DNA from: Perna viridis | Taxonomy: Eukaryota | NCBI GenBank assembly: GCA_037379345.1 | Contig: CM074523.1 | Location: forward strand, 1,434,525-1,498,524 | Length of the DNA stretch: 64,000 bases | Reading direction: 5' to 3' | In this document: in pieces, positions 49,043 to 60,568 of the stretch | Layout of the letters: each line of letters opens with the position of its first letter | Numbering within the stretch: position 1 is the stretch's first letter | Position numbers and translations under genes: made by a program | Notes under the pieces: generated by a model | Told to the model about the DNA's origin: nothing | Database searches by the model: none | The model's input: the letters and a program-made list of their open reading frames with translations, nothing else

Positions 49043-49990
49043 ATTCCATTCCCAGCCTTTGAACTTCAAGTAGTAGATTCTTGATCACGTAGGTTATTTT
49101 ATGTTTCTATAGTAATATTATATTCAATATTCTATAATTGAGTACTTATTCGTCTAATAATAAGGTGTGGCACACTAAAACAGAAACACAGAGGTTTTAC
49201 CTCATACATAAATAACGATAAAAGTGTTTGTACGGTTTGCATTCTGTCAAATTTAATTGAAATGCTCTATAAAAAATGGCGGACACTTTTCACAGATTTA
49301 TAATTAACAGTTGGTTTATACGATAAGTGGGTTTACATTTGTACAGGTATGGCAATCAAACTATAGGACTTGTAAGTCTCTATCTAGTTTCATTTTTCTT
49401 TACGGAATTTGTAATGTAGAATGTATTAAAATTCAAAGACCAATCTGCATTTAATTGTTTACTTCCAGGATCTTGAAAGGCTGCATTACAATGCAAAAAC
49501 TTCTATTGTACGCTTTTTTTTATAACGTAGAACTAGTTTTTTTGTCGTTTTGAATCGATGTTTCTACTCGAAAATATGTTTTGTTTTCAATATACTTAAC
49601 TCAATACTATGTTGAAAAGAATCCATTGGTAAGAACCATAGACCTATATTTAAGTATAGGGCTCTGCAAGAACGCAATAAGATTTAACTCGTGCATGGAA
49701 TAACTTTCACACACTTGTTAAAGCTTGGCAATCTTGGGCACTAGTGATCACAATTTTGGTTATAAACCCTTTCCATTAAATTATCCTATTAACATTTTTC
49801 AGTGATGTCAATAATACTTGTGTGTCAGAGATCTTAAACTTCTTATAAAGCTGTCGCTGTAATTTTCACAAGACATCATTTTTTTTTGGTTAATCAAAGA
49901 AGTCTTAATTAACACTATGCATAATCATTGTACTACAAAATACAAGAAATGGAAAATGGTTTTATAATATTCATTTTGATCTATTTGCAA

Positions 49991-50056
49991 AGCGAAGAAG
50001 AATGCTATAGAGCCTGAGTATGATGGGTACTATAATTTATTTGCACAAAATTTTGG
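49991..50056 (+). pseudogene. Dead duplicate of myosin III exon 34409-34474
   Basis: ungapped 66-nt match with 12 substitutions; acceptor ccag changed to gcaa; donor intact. Confidence 0.88.
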
Positions 50057-53000
50057 GTAAGTTGCTATAAAATTAATTAAGCTCAGCAAGTTAGATTTAG
50101 TCTAGTGAGTATATTTAACTTATTAAGGAATGCAAAATGATATATGTAAACTTTTCTAACCCTCTATATTTTAAGTGATTGGCGGCACATTATATTTGAC
50201 GATATTCATAAGAAAAAAACTAAAATGTACTTAATTTAAGCTGATGGAGGAGGCTTGTAGTTGATGTGTTTTTTGCTTGAACAGCCAGTGTGGATCAGCA
50301 AAAAGAAACTAGATATCGTGAAACGATACAAATGCATCCGTGTATAACGAAAATACAAAATAACAAATAGTTTCAGAGATCACCAAAAGGTCTTCAGTAA
50401 TTGTAAACAGACCTTTATGACATGTACATATATGTACAGTCAACTTTACTGGTGTTTATTCATTTCTTTTAAAAAATAAAATAAGAAAGACTCAAGTCTA
50501 TCAGAAAAGATGAAGTTATTTTACTGACACTTTATCTATATGCATAATGATATAAATTCTAATTTTGATCTATAACTACAAACACATTCAATAACTTTTG
50601 AATTCTACAGTAGACTGGTAAGTCTTAAAAAGCACATTGATGAAAAAAGTATACAATAGTAATAAAAATATACAAGAGAAAATATTAGAAATTTAGTAAA
50701 TTAAAAACAATAAGGAATAGTGTATTGATGCTGAAAATGGAATACATATATTGTATCGAATATAAACTAGAATTTAAAATATCTAGTCTTAGATGTGAAA
50801 GGTGAAATGTCAAGGACATAGGATCATAATGGGATAACATCTGCTCTGAGGTGGTGACTTCAGAATTTTTAGAATTTATATCGCTTCCCTTTTAAGTTTG
50901 TGGACTGCATACATTTAATCCTTACCGGTTTTTTTTTTTATAAATACGTCTCCCCAATTTTTATTGGCTGCTCAATTTCAATCTTATTTCTTTAGCTATA
51001 TATATGGTAGTGGTCTTACTTCTCACTATGTATTAAGGGACAAAATCTTGTTGAATGCGATACAATCTTTCATTTTGTATCAAATTAAACAACTTATTGC
51101 TTTATTTTTCATTTTATATGTTAAATGTCAAATTACAAACTAAGATATGTAAAAGCAAATGTCCAATTTGCTGTTTTCCATACTTTTTTTTATTAGTATG
51201 GTGTATTTTTTTTTCATATTTCAGATGTCTTATTACTGTACAATGTATTAGTAATGTTTAACTTATTGACAATTGTTGGAATGTTTTTGTTTTCCTTTTC
51301 AGTATACATATGAATGGCCTCTTCAGATGTAATCTTTTCATTTTTTTTCTGTAATGTACTTGTAGTGTGTTCTCATGTTATTGACTTTAATGCTGAACGA
51401 CATTAAACATGTTTGTGTGATCTGTTTTTCATTAATAGGTACGTATCGACTTTTACCGGTTTTTTTTCTTTTTTTAACTCATCTAACACATCATTTGAAA
51501 TGTTCTTCAATGAAATAGACCCATTTTATAGAACAGAAATTAATTTGGAGGATCTGCAAAATATCCATTGATACATTTATCAGCATTTTTATTGTTTTCC
51601 CATTGTTCTAAATGTCTGATATTATCAATCTCTGGCTACTGCCAAGATACTGAATACATCGGCATTTTCTTCTGGGAACCCAACATCCAATCCACTGTCA
51701 TGTCCCCTATAAACAGAAGAACGTCAGTTTTGAACGTCTGAATAGAACATTAAATCTAGCCATAACGAGCTCACTATGATATTTTTCGTTTCCATTTGAA
51801 AACGCCGTTATTCTGTATTTATCTATCTGGTATAATTGCACCATGTGTTTTCATATGTTACAATATGATGAACCAGTATAATAAAAATATTTTTGTGCTT
51901 TTAAAACGCATGAAATAATATGTTTTCGGAAATCATATGAAAACTGTACTTTTTTCGTATCTGAAATTCTATTGAAAACTAAAATCAGTTGATCACATGT
52001 TGTAATAGCATTTGTTTTGTCTGAAATCATCAGTAAGTGTGTATACTCTATTGGATGACTTGTTAAGATTTCGTATAGAAATGATAATAATGACAAGTCT
52101 TGTAAAAAGAATGGATCGTCTCCCTTATACCACTGATGTGGATATTTTTTACCTGAATAGTAACTGAAAGGAGATTTTTTCTTATTTAAAGGAAGATTGA
52201 AGTTGTTAGAATTTATATTTCCTAATAACATCGCATTTGAAATAAATAGTTCTGTGGTTCTATAAAAACATACATATACTTCCATTTTGTGATATGGCGT
52301 TGGATAAAAAGAAACTGTGATTATTTTGTGTTTACTATTATTTTATCCTATACCAAAGCAAAATCGGTTGTGACTAAATTTAAATCTTATATTTTGAATC
52401 CATATATTTTTATTTAATATTTGTCCATGTACACCTCTACAATTTTTTTCATCAACATTGTTTTCCTATTTAAATTCCAGCTTGCCTGCTTTAGGACCAA
52501 ATTATACTTACTCTAATTTATGAAAATGATTATTGATTGTTTGAAAGTAACTAACTGTAAAAATTTCATTTCACAAGAAAATGTATCGTATGATTTTTTT
52601 CAGAGCCTCATTGTACATTTTTTCAAATACATGTGTATATTGTTTATTCTGAAATGCATGACATTTTCTGAATAAGCATTTTTGTACGAGAATATGTATA
52701 TCACGCTTTGGAGCTTTTATTATTGATATATCATTGTTAAGTCTATATACTTTTTTCAGGATGACCAGATATTTTGTTTTTGTTACAGATCTGTGAACAA
52801 AGAAGACTCCATTAGGGTGCAACCATTTAATTTAAGAGGTTGGGTAGGAGATTGGGAAATAAGGGCAAGGAATAACGAAATGATTCCTACCCTTCCCTTT
52901 ATATTGAATGGTTGCTCCTTTATATTTTTGACGATTCATTGACATTTCCACTGTATGGGTGCCTGTATACTAAGAAATAATCCTTAGAAATTCAAATAGT

Positions 53001-53157
53001 CATCTTTTTATGGATTTGAAGACACTATTTATGATGAGGACTTAAATTCATTGATTTTTGTTGATTATTTTCCCTTAGCTCAGACCTTCCTTTGATGTTA
53101 CATTTCTTTGCAATTTATTTCATTGTTATTAGAATTCATCATCAATGGTTCACTTTA

Positions 53158-53290
53158 CGTTTGTTTGTTTGTTTGTTTTTTGTTTGTTTGCTTTGTTTAT
53201 TTTTTGTTCCTGTTTTCTTTTGCTTTTGTTTTTGTTTATTTTTGGTTTTTTTGTTTGTTTTTTTTTGTTGTGTTTTTGTTTTTGTGGTTT
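53158..53290. repeat. (GTTT)n / T-rich low-complexity tract
   Basis: directly visible. Confidence 0.9.
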
Positions 53291-53635
53291 TATACACCAC
53301 ACTTATAACAAAAAATGTTTGCAAGGTCTAGTATTGATTAATTGTAAATTCGTTGAAAAAATGAAAACGTCAGTAACTACTGAAGGCATGAATTTAAGTA
53401 GTAAGTTAAATGGTTTGCAAAAATAGATTTTTTAAGACTAAGTTCGTAGAGGTCACATTTTACAAAATTGTTCTTATAAATTGTTAATATTACAGTGGCA
53501 CAATTACAGTTATTTCCATGGCAATGCCTAAAATATTCTGATATATGTGATAACAAAGGACTGTGATACTAGGCAGTGTTTTGGCTTTGGCCAAATAACA
53601 TTGTGATATCTTAGGTTATTCAAGTAAAACTTATA

Positions 53636-55116
53636 TTAAAGCCATGTCAGACTATGCAATGTGTATTGGAAGTATGTAAGACTCTGTGTATTGAAACCAT
53701 GTCAGACTATGTTATGTGTTTTAAAGCCATGTCAGACTATGCTATGTGTATTAAAGCCATGTCAGACTATGCTATATGTATTAAAGCCATGTCAGACTAT
53801 GCTATGTGTATTGAAACCATGTCAGACTATGCTATGTGTATTGAAAGTATGTAAGACTCTGTGTATTAAAGCCATGTCAGACTATGCTATGTGTATTGGA
53901 AGTATGTAAGACTCTGTGTATTGAAACCATGTCAGACTATGCTATGTGTACTGAAAGTATGTAAGACTCTGTGTAATGAAACCATGTCAGACTATGCTAT
54001 GTGTATTGGGAGTATGTAAGACTCTGTGTATTGAAACCATGTCAGACTATGCTATGTGTATTAAAGCCATGTCAGACTATGCTATGTGTATTAAAGCCAT
54101 GTCAGACTATGCTATGTGTATTGAAGCCATGTCAGACTATGCTATGTGTATTGAAACCATGTCAGACTATGATATGTGTATTGAAAGCATGTAAGACTCT
54201 GTGTATTAAAGCCATGTCAGACTATGCTATGTGTATTGGAAGTATGTAAGACTCTGTGTATTGAAACCATGTCAGACTCTGTGTATTGAAACCATGTCAG
54301 ACTATGCTATGTGTATTGAAAGTATGTAAGACTGTGTAATGAAACCATGTCAGACTATGCTATGTGTATTGGGAGTATGTAAGACTATGTGTATTGAAAC
54401 CATGTCAGACTATGCTATGTGTATTGAAACCATGTCAGACTATGCTTTGTGTATTGAAAGTATGTAAGACTCTGTGTATTGAAACCATGTCAGACTATGC
54501 TATGTGTATTGGAAGTATGTAAGACTCTGTGTATTGAAACCATGTCAGACTATGCTATGTGTATTGAAAGTATGTAAGACTCTGTGTATTGAAACCATGT
54601 CAGATATGCTATATGTATTGAAACCATGTCAGACGCCGTGTATTAAAACCATGTCAGACTCAGTATATTGAAGCCATGTCAGACTATGCTATGCGTATTG
54701 GAAGTATGTAAGACTCCGTGGATTGAAACCATGTCAGACGCTGTGTATTTAAAACCATGTCAGACTCAGTATATTGAAGCAATGTCAGACTATGCTATGT
54801 GTATTGGAAGTATGTAAGATTCTGTTTATTGAAACCATGTCAGACGCCGTGTATTAAAACCATGTCAGACTCAGTATATTGAAGCCATGTTAGACTCTGT
54901 CTATTGGAGCCATGTCAGACTGTCTATTCAATCCACTTCAGAATCTGTGTATTTAAGCCATTTTAGACTCTGTACATTGAAGCTTTTTCAGACTCTGTGC
55001 ATTGATCCCATGTCAGACTCTGTGTATTGAATCCATTTCAGATTCTGTACATCAAACGGTTCGGACTTTGTGTATTAAAACCATTTCAGACTCGGTGTAT
55101 TGAAGCCGCTTCAGAC
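53636..55116. repeat. ~1.5-kb satellite of mixed 30-bp and 25-bp units
   Basis: gccatgtcagactatgctatgtgtattaaa alternating with agtatgtaagactctgtgtattga. Confidence 0.97.
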
Positions 55117-55118
55117 TT

Positions 55119-55951
55119 AGGCTACACACCACTAGTTCAACCAATGATCTTAAAGAACGTACGCCATAAATGCGATTGTATAGTGTTATGACGCTGTCGT
55201 TGTCGTAGGCGTCGTTGTTAGTTTTTTTCCGTGTCTGTGCGATAACTTCTGTTCTATTGAACCGAGTGTCATCAAATTTCTATTGAATATTGCCACTTGC
55301 TACTAAAAACAAATGGAAATCCATGCATGCATTTTTTCAATCATATTTCAGATATCTCTGATATTTTTCTAGTCATAAGGGGTCAAAGGGACCACAATCC
55401 CCAAAAAAACATAACATTTTAGGTCCGATTTTGTTTGTTTTTCTTAATTTTGATTCCCTAAAAAAATTTTCTGCAGTATTCAATCAGATTTAAGATATAT
55501 ATATCTCTTACGGTTTTTGAGATATATTGGGCCAAAGGACTACACCCCAAAAAATCAACTTAATTTCTAGTCCCTGAAAGCAGAACTTTTTACTTAATTT
55601 GAATTTAAAAATATTCTGTATCCAAACCAGTTGTTGTATCCATAATGATCTGTACGTCCTTATGATTAAGTGGGTCAAACAAAATAATATTGTGTCCACA
55701 CTTGTCCCATTTGATCAGAGTTCAACTGTCTGCGATCATATCATGCTGCGCTCGGCGAAGCTTTTTATTGTGAAATAAGGGGGAATTTTCGTTCTGTTTT
55801 CAGCTAAATGACTTCTAGTAGTGTGTCGCAATGTCCTATGATATTTGTAAGGCTCCTAGTGTAAAGATAGTGTATATAGATGATATATATAGTACTAAAG
55901 GTAGAAACTTTATAACACATTGAACTTAGTGACATTAGTGGTCTGTAGCCT
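55119..55951. mobile_element. Non-autonomous element with 16-bp TIRs (aggctaca[cg]accacta)
   Basis: aggctacacaccacta at 55119 and tagtggtctgtagcct ending at 55951; internal cgtcgttgtcgtaggcgtcg motif. Confidence 0.6.
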
Positions 55952-56320
55952 ATATGTGATCTTTTACCATCACGTGGCTTCTGTCGTCGTCTTTAAACAT
56001 CTTGACAGATATTAATGTCCTTTGAATGATTCTCAAGTTATCCTGCACAAAAATTGCGTTTGGATTTTTTATACGTCAAATAAAATAGTCGTATGTGTTA
56101 TCAGTGGGTGTTAAGCCGCTAAATTCAAGGTACTATATCTTAAAACTAAATGAGATAAAGAATAATGAAGACGACTTCATTTTTCGGCTAAAAATAGGTC
56201 TACAAAGGTCTTCATTGTCTTTTCCGAACATCCAGGCACTTTGAGATATGGGCGGTGTATCAAGATCTGTCTCGGGTAAATACCGCAGAACCCCAAAAGC
56301 TAATTCACAATATATTGCAG

Positions 56321-58149
56321 AAGAATAATCAATGGAACCAAGATTCCAGCGGAAATCAAAGGAAAGTAATCCAGGGCAGGGACAAAGACCAGACATGGAA
56401 AATAGACAAACACTACAAAGAACATAAAGTAACTAAAATAAAACATGCAAAGTAACAAAAGTAAATGAGCAACTCGGACTCCACTCAAAATTTGGAGAAT
56501 GGGCCAGGTGTACCGGTAGGATAAAGGTTCTCTGCTTATCTAGAAACACCCACCGAGCTTCTCATAAAAAGTCAAATTCGGGGTAGAGGAAAGAGGAAAG
56601 GAAAACTATGACACGTTGAACAAATCAGTTTTCATGTTGCAGATAGATACACCATAACGAATCACGAGTTCATGATGACGACCATAAAACTTCTGTAGTT
56701 GACAGAAGCCTAATTGAAAGAAGTCTAGCACGATACAAAAAGTCTGCGTAGCTTCGACAAGCTCTGGTATGACGTATGAATTATGATATGAAAACTCCAT
56801 ACGCAGGGGCTGAAGGGATGTTGCCACAGATGAAAGGAAAGTTGATAATCCTGAATGAAAAGTCTTCACGTTTGTCGTAAAGTTTGGTCAATAGTTTTCC
56901 TTTAGCATCGATTTCTAAGTGCAGGTCAAGATATGAGACAGACTTCACAGTGTCTGTATAGTCGGCGTCACATAAATAACATACTGTTAAAATTTGAATA
57001 AAAATATTTTCTACGACTTTATTGACACCTACCGTCGTTTAAATTGTCTTAAATGACTTGCTCATTCGTTTAGCCAAACGGCTTCTCCCTAAACATTGAA
57101 TCGTTAAATTCCGGTCACATTTTAATTCTAGGTGGCAATATTTACATTGTAAAAAGTCGGCCATGTTTACAGTGATCGGGTTGCTAGGAGATGTTGTTTA
57201 CGTTTAAATGGTTTGTCCAAAAACCGAAGAACCCAGAATGCAATTCGGCGTTATTTCGGATATCTCGGATTTATTTTACGCGAACAACGTACAATACCGA
57301 GAAGTTGATCAAGCAGACGATTGTCACCGGAGTTCGACGGGAACTTACGCACTTCGTTTGTAAACAAATCGTCCCGTAAAAAGCAACATGGCGGATATTA
57401 GTATGGGATTTTCCCGTAAGGATTTGTTACGCATGATTTAAGCTAATAAGCGACTTGTTTTTGAGAAGCTGTTTGGCTAAACGAATGAGCAAGTCATTTA
57501 AGACAATTTAAACGACGGTTGGTGTCAATAAAGTCGTAGGAAATATTTTTATTCAAATTTTAACAGTATGTTATTTATGTGACGCCGAGTATAGTATCCT
57601 TTATCTCAAGTTCTTTTGGGGTAGATGCGATGTATCAAATCCCCGAAACTAAGATTGTTTAACGATAATACGTCATCTATATAGCCGAAAATGAAATTAA
57701 AAGATCTAGCTAAACGATATTCTTTCTTTCAGATCAGATCAGCTATAAAGTCAACCTCATAAGAGGGAAGGAATAGGTCAGCAAGTAGAGGAGCACAATT
57801 TGTTCCCACTGGAATGCCGAAGTTGAAAAACGCGTCCACCACACTGGACAAAGATGTCGATCAAAAATTCCAGCATTTTAAAAACATCTTCTGTATATTT
57901 GGAAGATGATTTGGAATTATTTTTTACAAAGTATGGGGCATTTCTACCAAGAACTATATATTTGTATCTAGGTGTACCATCTTTTTTGGAGAAATAACAA
58001 TGTGTAATACTTTTGAGTCGGAATTTTAACTGAGTATAGGGAATAGAAGTATATAGTGTTGAAAAATCATAGGTATTAATGCTATTATATTCTGATAATC
58101 ATCTTGAATTTAGGGTCTCCAAAAGATCTTTCGAATTTTTCAGGATCCA
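56321..58149 (-). pseudogene. Naiad-type Penelope-like RT remnant split by a long-TIR MITE
   Basis: reverse complement is colinear with 45288-46430 from WILKNSK to the 3' end, and continues into the 3' tail seen at 22900-23022. Confidence 0.9.
56959..57591. mobile_element. Young non-autonomous DNA transposon with 129-bp TIRs and TA TSD
   Basis: TIRs 56959-57087 and 57463-57591 nearly identical; empty site gtctgTAgtatcc can be rebuilt from the host RT. Confidence 0.92.
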
Positions 58150-60513
58150 AAGTTATCTTTATTTTTCATATGAAAACTCGATTAAGGGATCTTTTGAAAA
58201 AATTACCTTTGTTATTTATATTGAAAAAGAGAATTTTTCCATATCAACATATGGACTAGGTAGTTCCGAACGACTTCACGTCAATTTAATCTCACAGAAA
58301 ATGAGAATAGGGCCGGAGTTGGAAGATTCCCTATTAGAATTATTGTCCTTGAAAGGCGAAAAATTACGTCCTTTTTAAAACCATAATAGATTAAAAAACA
58401 CAAAAAAAACAACAACTTTCAATTTATGAAATAATCTTGACGACAAAGTCTACAAAAGTTTTCATCGAGTAGAAGATGTTGGTCGATTCATTGATAATTA
58501 TTGCAGATAAACAGGTGAGCGATGTAGCCTCCTGGAAGGCTTTAGTTATATTTCTAGAGACTAAAACAATCCTTAAACATGTAAAATAAAATAAAAACCT
58601 GTCGGGAACTACTAAAGTTTTGCATACATATATGGTATGATTTATCATATTAAAATGTTCACATCACCAACAGTACCTGAGTTAAACGACAGGTGTACAA
58701 TTGTGTTATACCTAGATATGGAAAATATATTGTATACATGTACATGTATTTCTAATTCAACAATGAAATACCTTTTAAGTCTATAGTGTGTTAAAGGGGT
58801 GGACTACTGTTGCACTGTTGGACAGCAGAAGTGCTGCTTTTGAAGGGATTTGAACGAAATCTTCAAAAGGATTTGTGAACGTTGGTTTATTTAAAGTTCA
58901 AAGAAGAAAAAATATTACACTTTGTATTAGAAAGATTAAAGTTAAGCCCTCAAAAGAAGCCGATCTTTAAAATTCAATAGCTAAATTAAGTACAACAGGA
59001 ATCCGACCACAGTGTACATAGACTGAAGTATATATAAACTTGGAACATAAGACGTGGGGCGGAAAAATGTCAAATGGTCCACTTAGAAAGATTCAAGCGC
59101 TTCTTTGGGTCTAACTTTAATCAAATCCTTCTGAGCTTTTAAGTATTTTTGAAGTCCATCTGAACACCTCATATTGTAGAATTTAATGTAAACAAACAGA
59201 TTAAAACATTTGCATTGAAAGTCAGTGGCTTGACAGATTTTAATGAAATTTTGGATATCAGATTGACGTTGTCCAGGTTCAACCTAAGGCCAGTTTCGTG
59301 TGTTGTACTGGTATAGTGAAGTGTGAAATTTTGGAAAATTTTTAAGTACATGTATACATACGATTGAATTACATGTAGTTAAGTTTTAATAATTCTTAAC
59401 ACCTTTCTTTAATTGTTTAATAGTCTTAGACAGACCCTAGGCCGCATGTCTTTATATTGTAAGCCGACCGCAATCTCACTACACAAAGGTTATTCAATAT
59501 TTTAAGAACGAAAAAAGAACTAGAAAGCTATAAGCAATGCTCGCTAAAATGTATACCCCTATTCTGTGAAAGCTTCATATAAAAAATTCATTCAGTTTGT
59601 AGGAGTTACCGATAAAAGACAAGTACATGGAGCCTACTGCCTAACCGACGTATATACTGATAGAAGGATGTATGGACGGAAGGGAGGGCACCTCTATCAA
59701 TAGGTACCCCGGATTTGTAAGTGGGGGTATAAAAATAAATGTAGTCTCCAGAGGAGGTTCAATAAATCTCCTTTCAAAAACACAAAGAAAACCATTGTTT
59801 ACTTAAGGAAGTATACTTCTTTGTTTTATTTGCATTCAAGTTATTTAGTATTGGGATATTTGAAAAATGCACACTTGTTGAATTTGGTATTTTACTTGGG
59901 TGGTTGTATCTGTATCGAAATATGCCATTTAATGCAATATCGTAACAATATATGACTTGATAAATATGTTACATAATCCACCGTGGTTTCTTTCCGAGTC
60001 CAGATAACATCTAATGCGTATCTTAAATACAACAGTATAAAGATACAAATGAAAATAAATAATCTACATCCAGGCGGCGTTTTAATAATTCAAAACGATT
60101 TCAAACAATTCAAATAAACTCAAATTAACACTTCAGATAATATGATTCCAAGAATGATGTTTCATTTTTGACCACCTCTGCGTCGAAATACGACAAATTG
60201 CACCCAACCGGTTAAATAGTTAAATATAATAACTGATTTATTTAAGTGCTACTATCCTAAGAATCAGGCTGTGGGTGAAATCTTGTTAAAATGTTACAAG
60301 TTTCTGCAAATTCTTTTATAGGGTCAGTAGCTCGAGGTATGAATTATTTGAGAATCATTGCTACTAAAATTTGATCAAAGGGAAATACATGTAACTCACT
60401 CTTCTCTTTTTAATCTATTGTAACTTTAAACTCGCTTTTCTGTCTTCTCTGGCACTTCTGAGATGAATTGTCGACTTCAATAGACCATATACTATGTGCT
60501 TAAAGTGTCAAAT

Positions 60514-60516
<3 letters not shown>

Positions 60517-60564
<48 letters not shown>
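60517..60564. repeat. (GT)n microsatellite
   Basis: directly visible. Confidence 0.95.

Positions 60565-60568
<4 letters not shown>

Larger units (their letters stand above)
42938..55116 (+). repeat. Segmental duplication, copy B (non-coding, with large deletions)
   Basis: 42938~26316, 43843~26545, 46430~28150, 47150~29580, 48700~30540, 49870-51005~34326-35350, 51157-53640~39388-42725. Confidence 0.88.

Noticed and set aside
51851-52285. 144-aa minus-strand ORF
   Set aside because: No recognisable motif; it lies in duplication copy B and spans a junction where the paralogous region (~40380-41480) has several hundred extra bases.
53092-54249. F/V/C-rich and repetitive ORFs (MSDYAMCIKA, VLKPCQTMLC)
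   Set aside because: Translations of a (GTTT)n tract and a 30-bp satellite; no splice or gene context.
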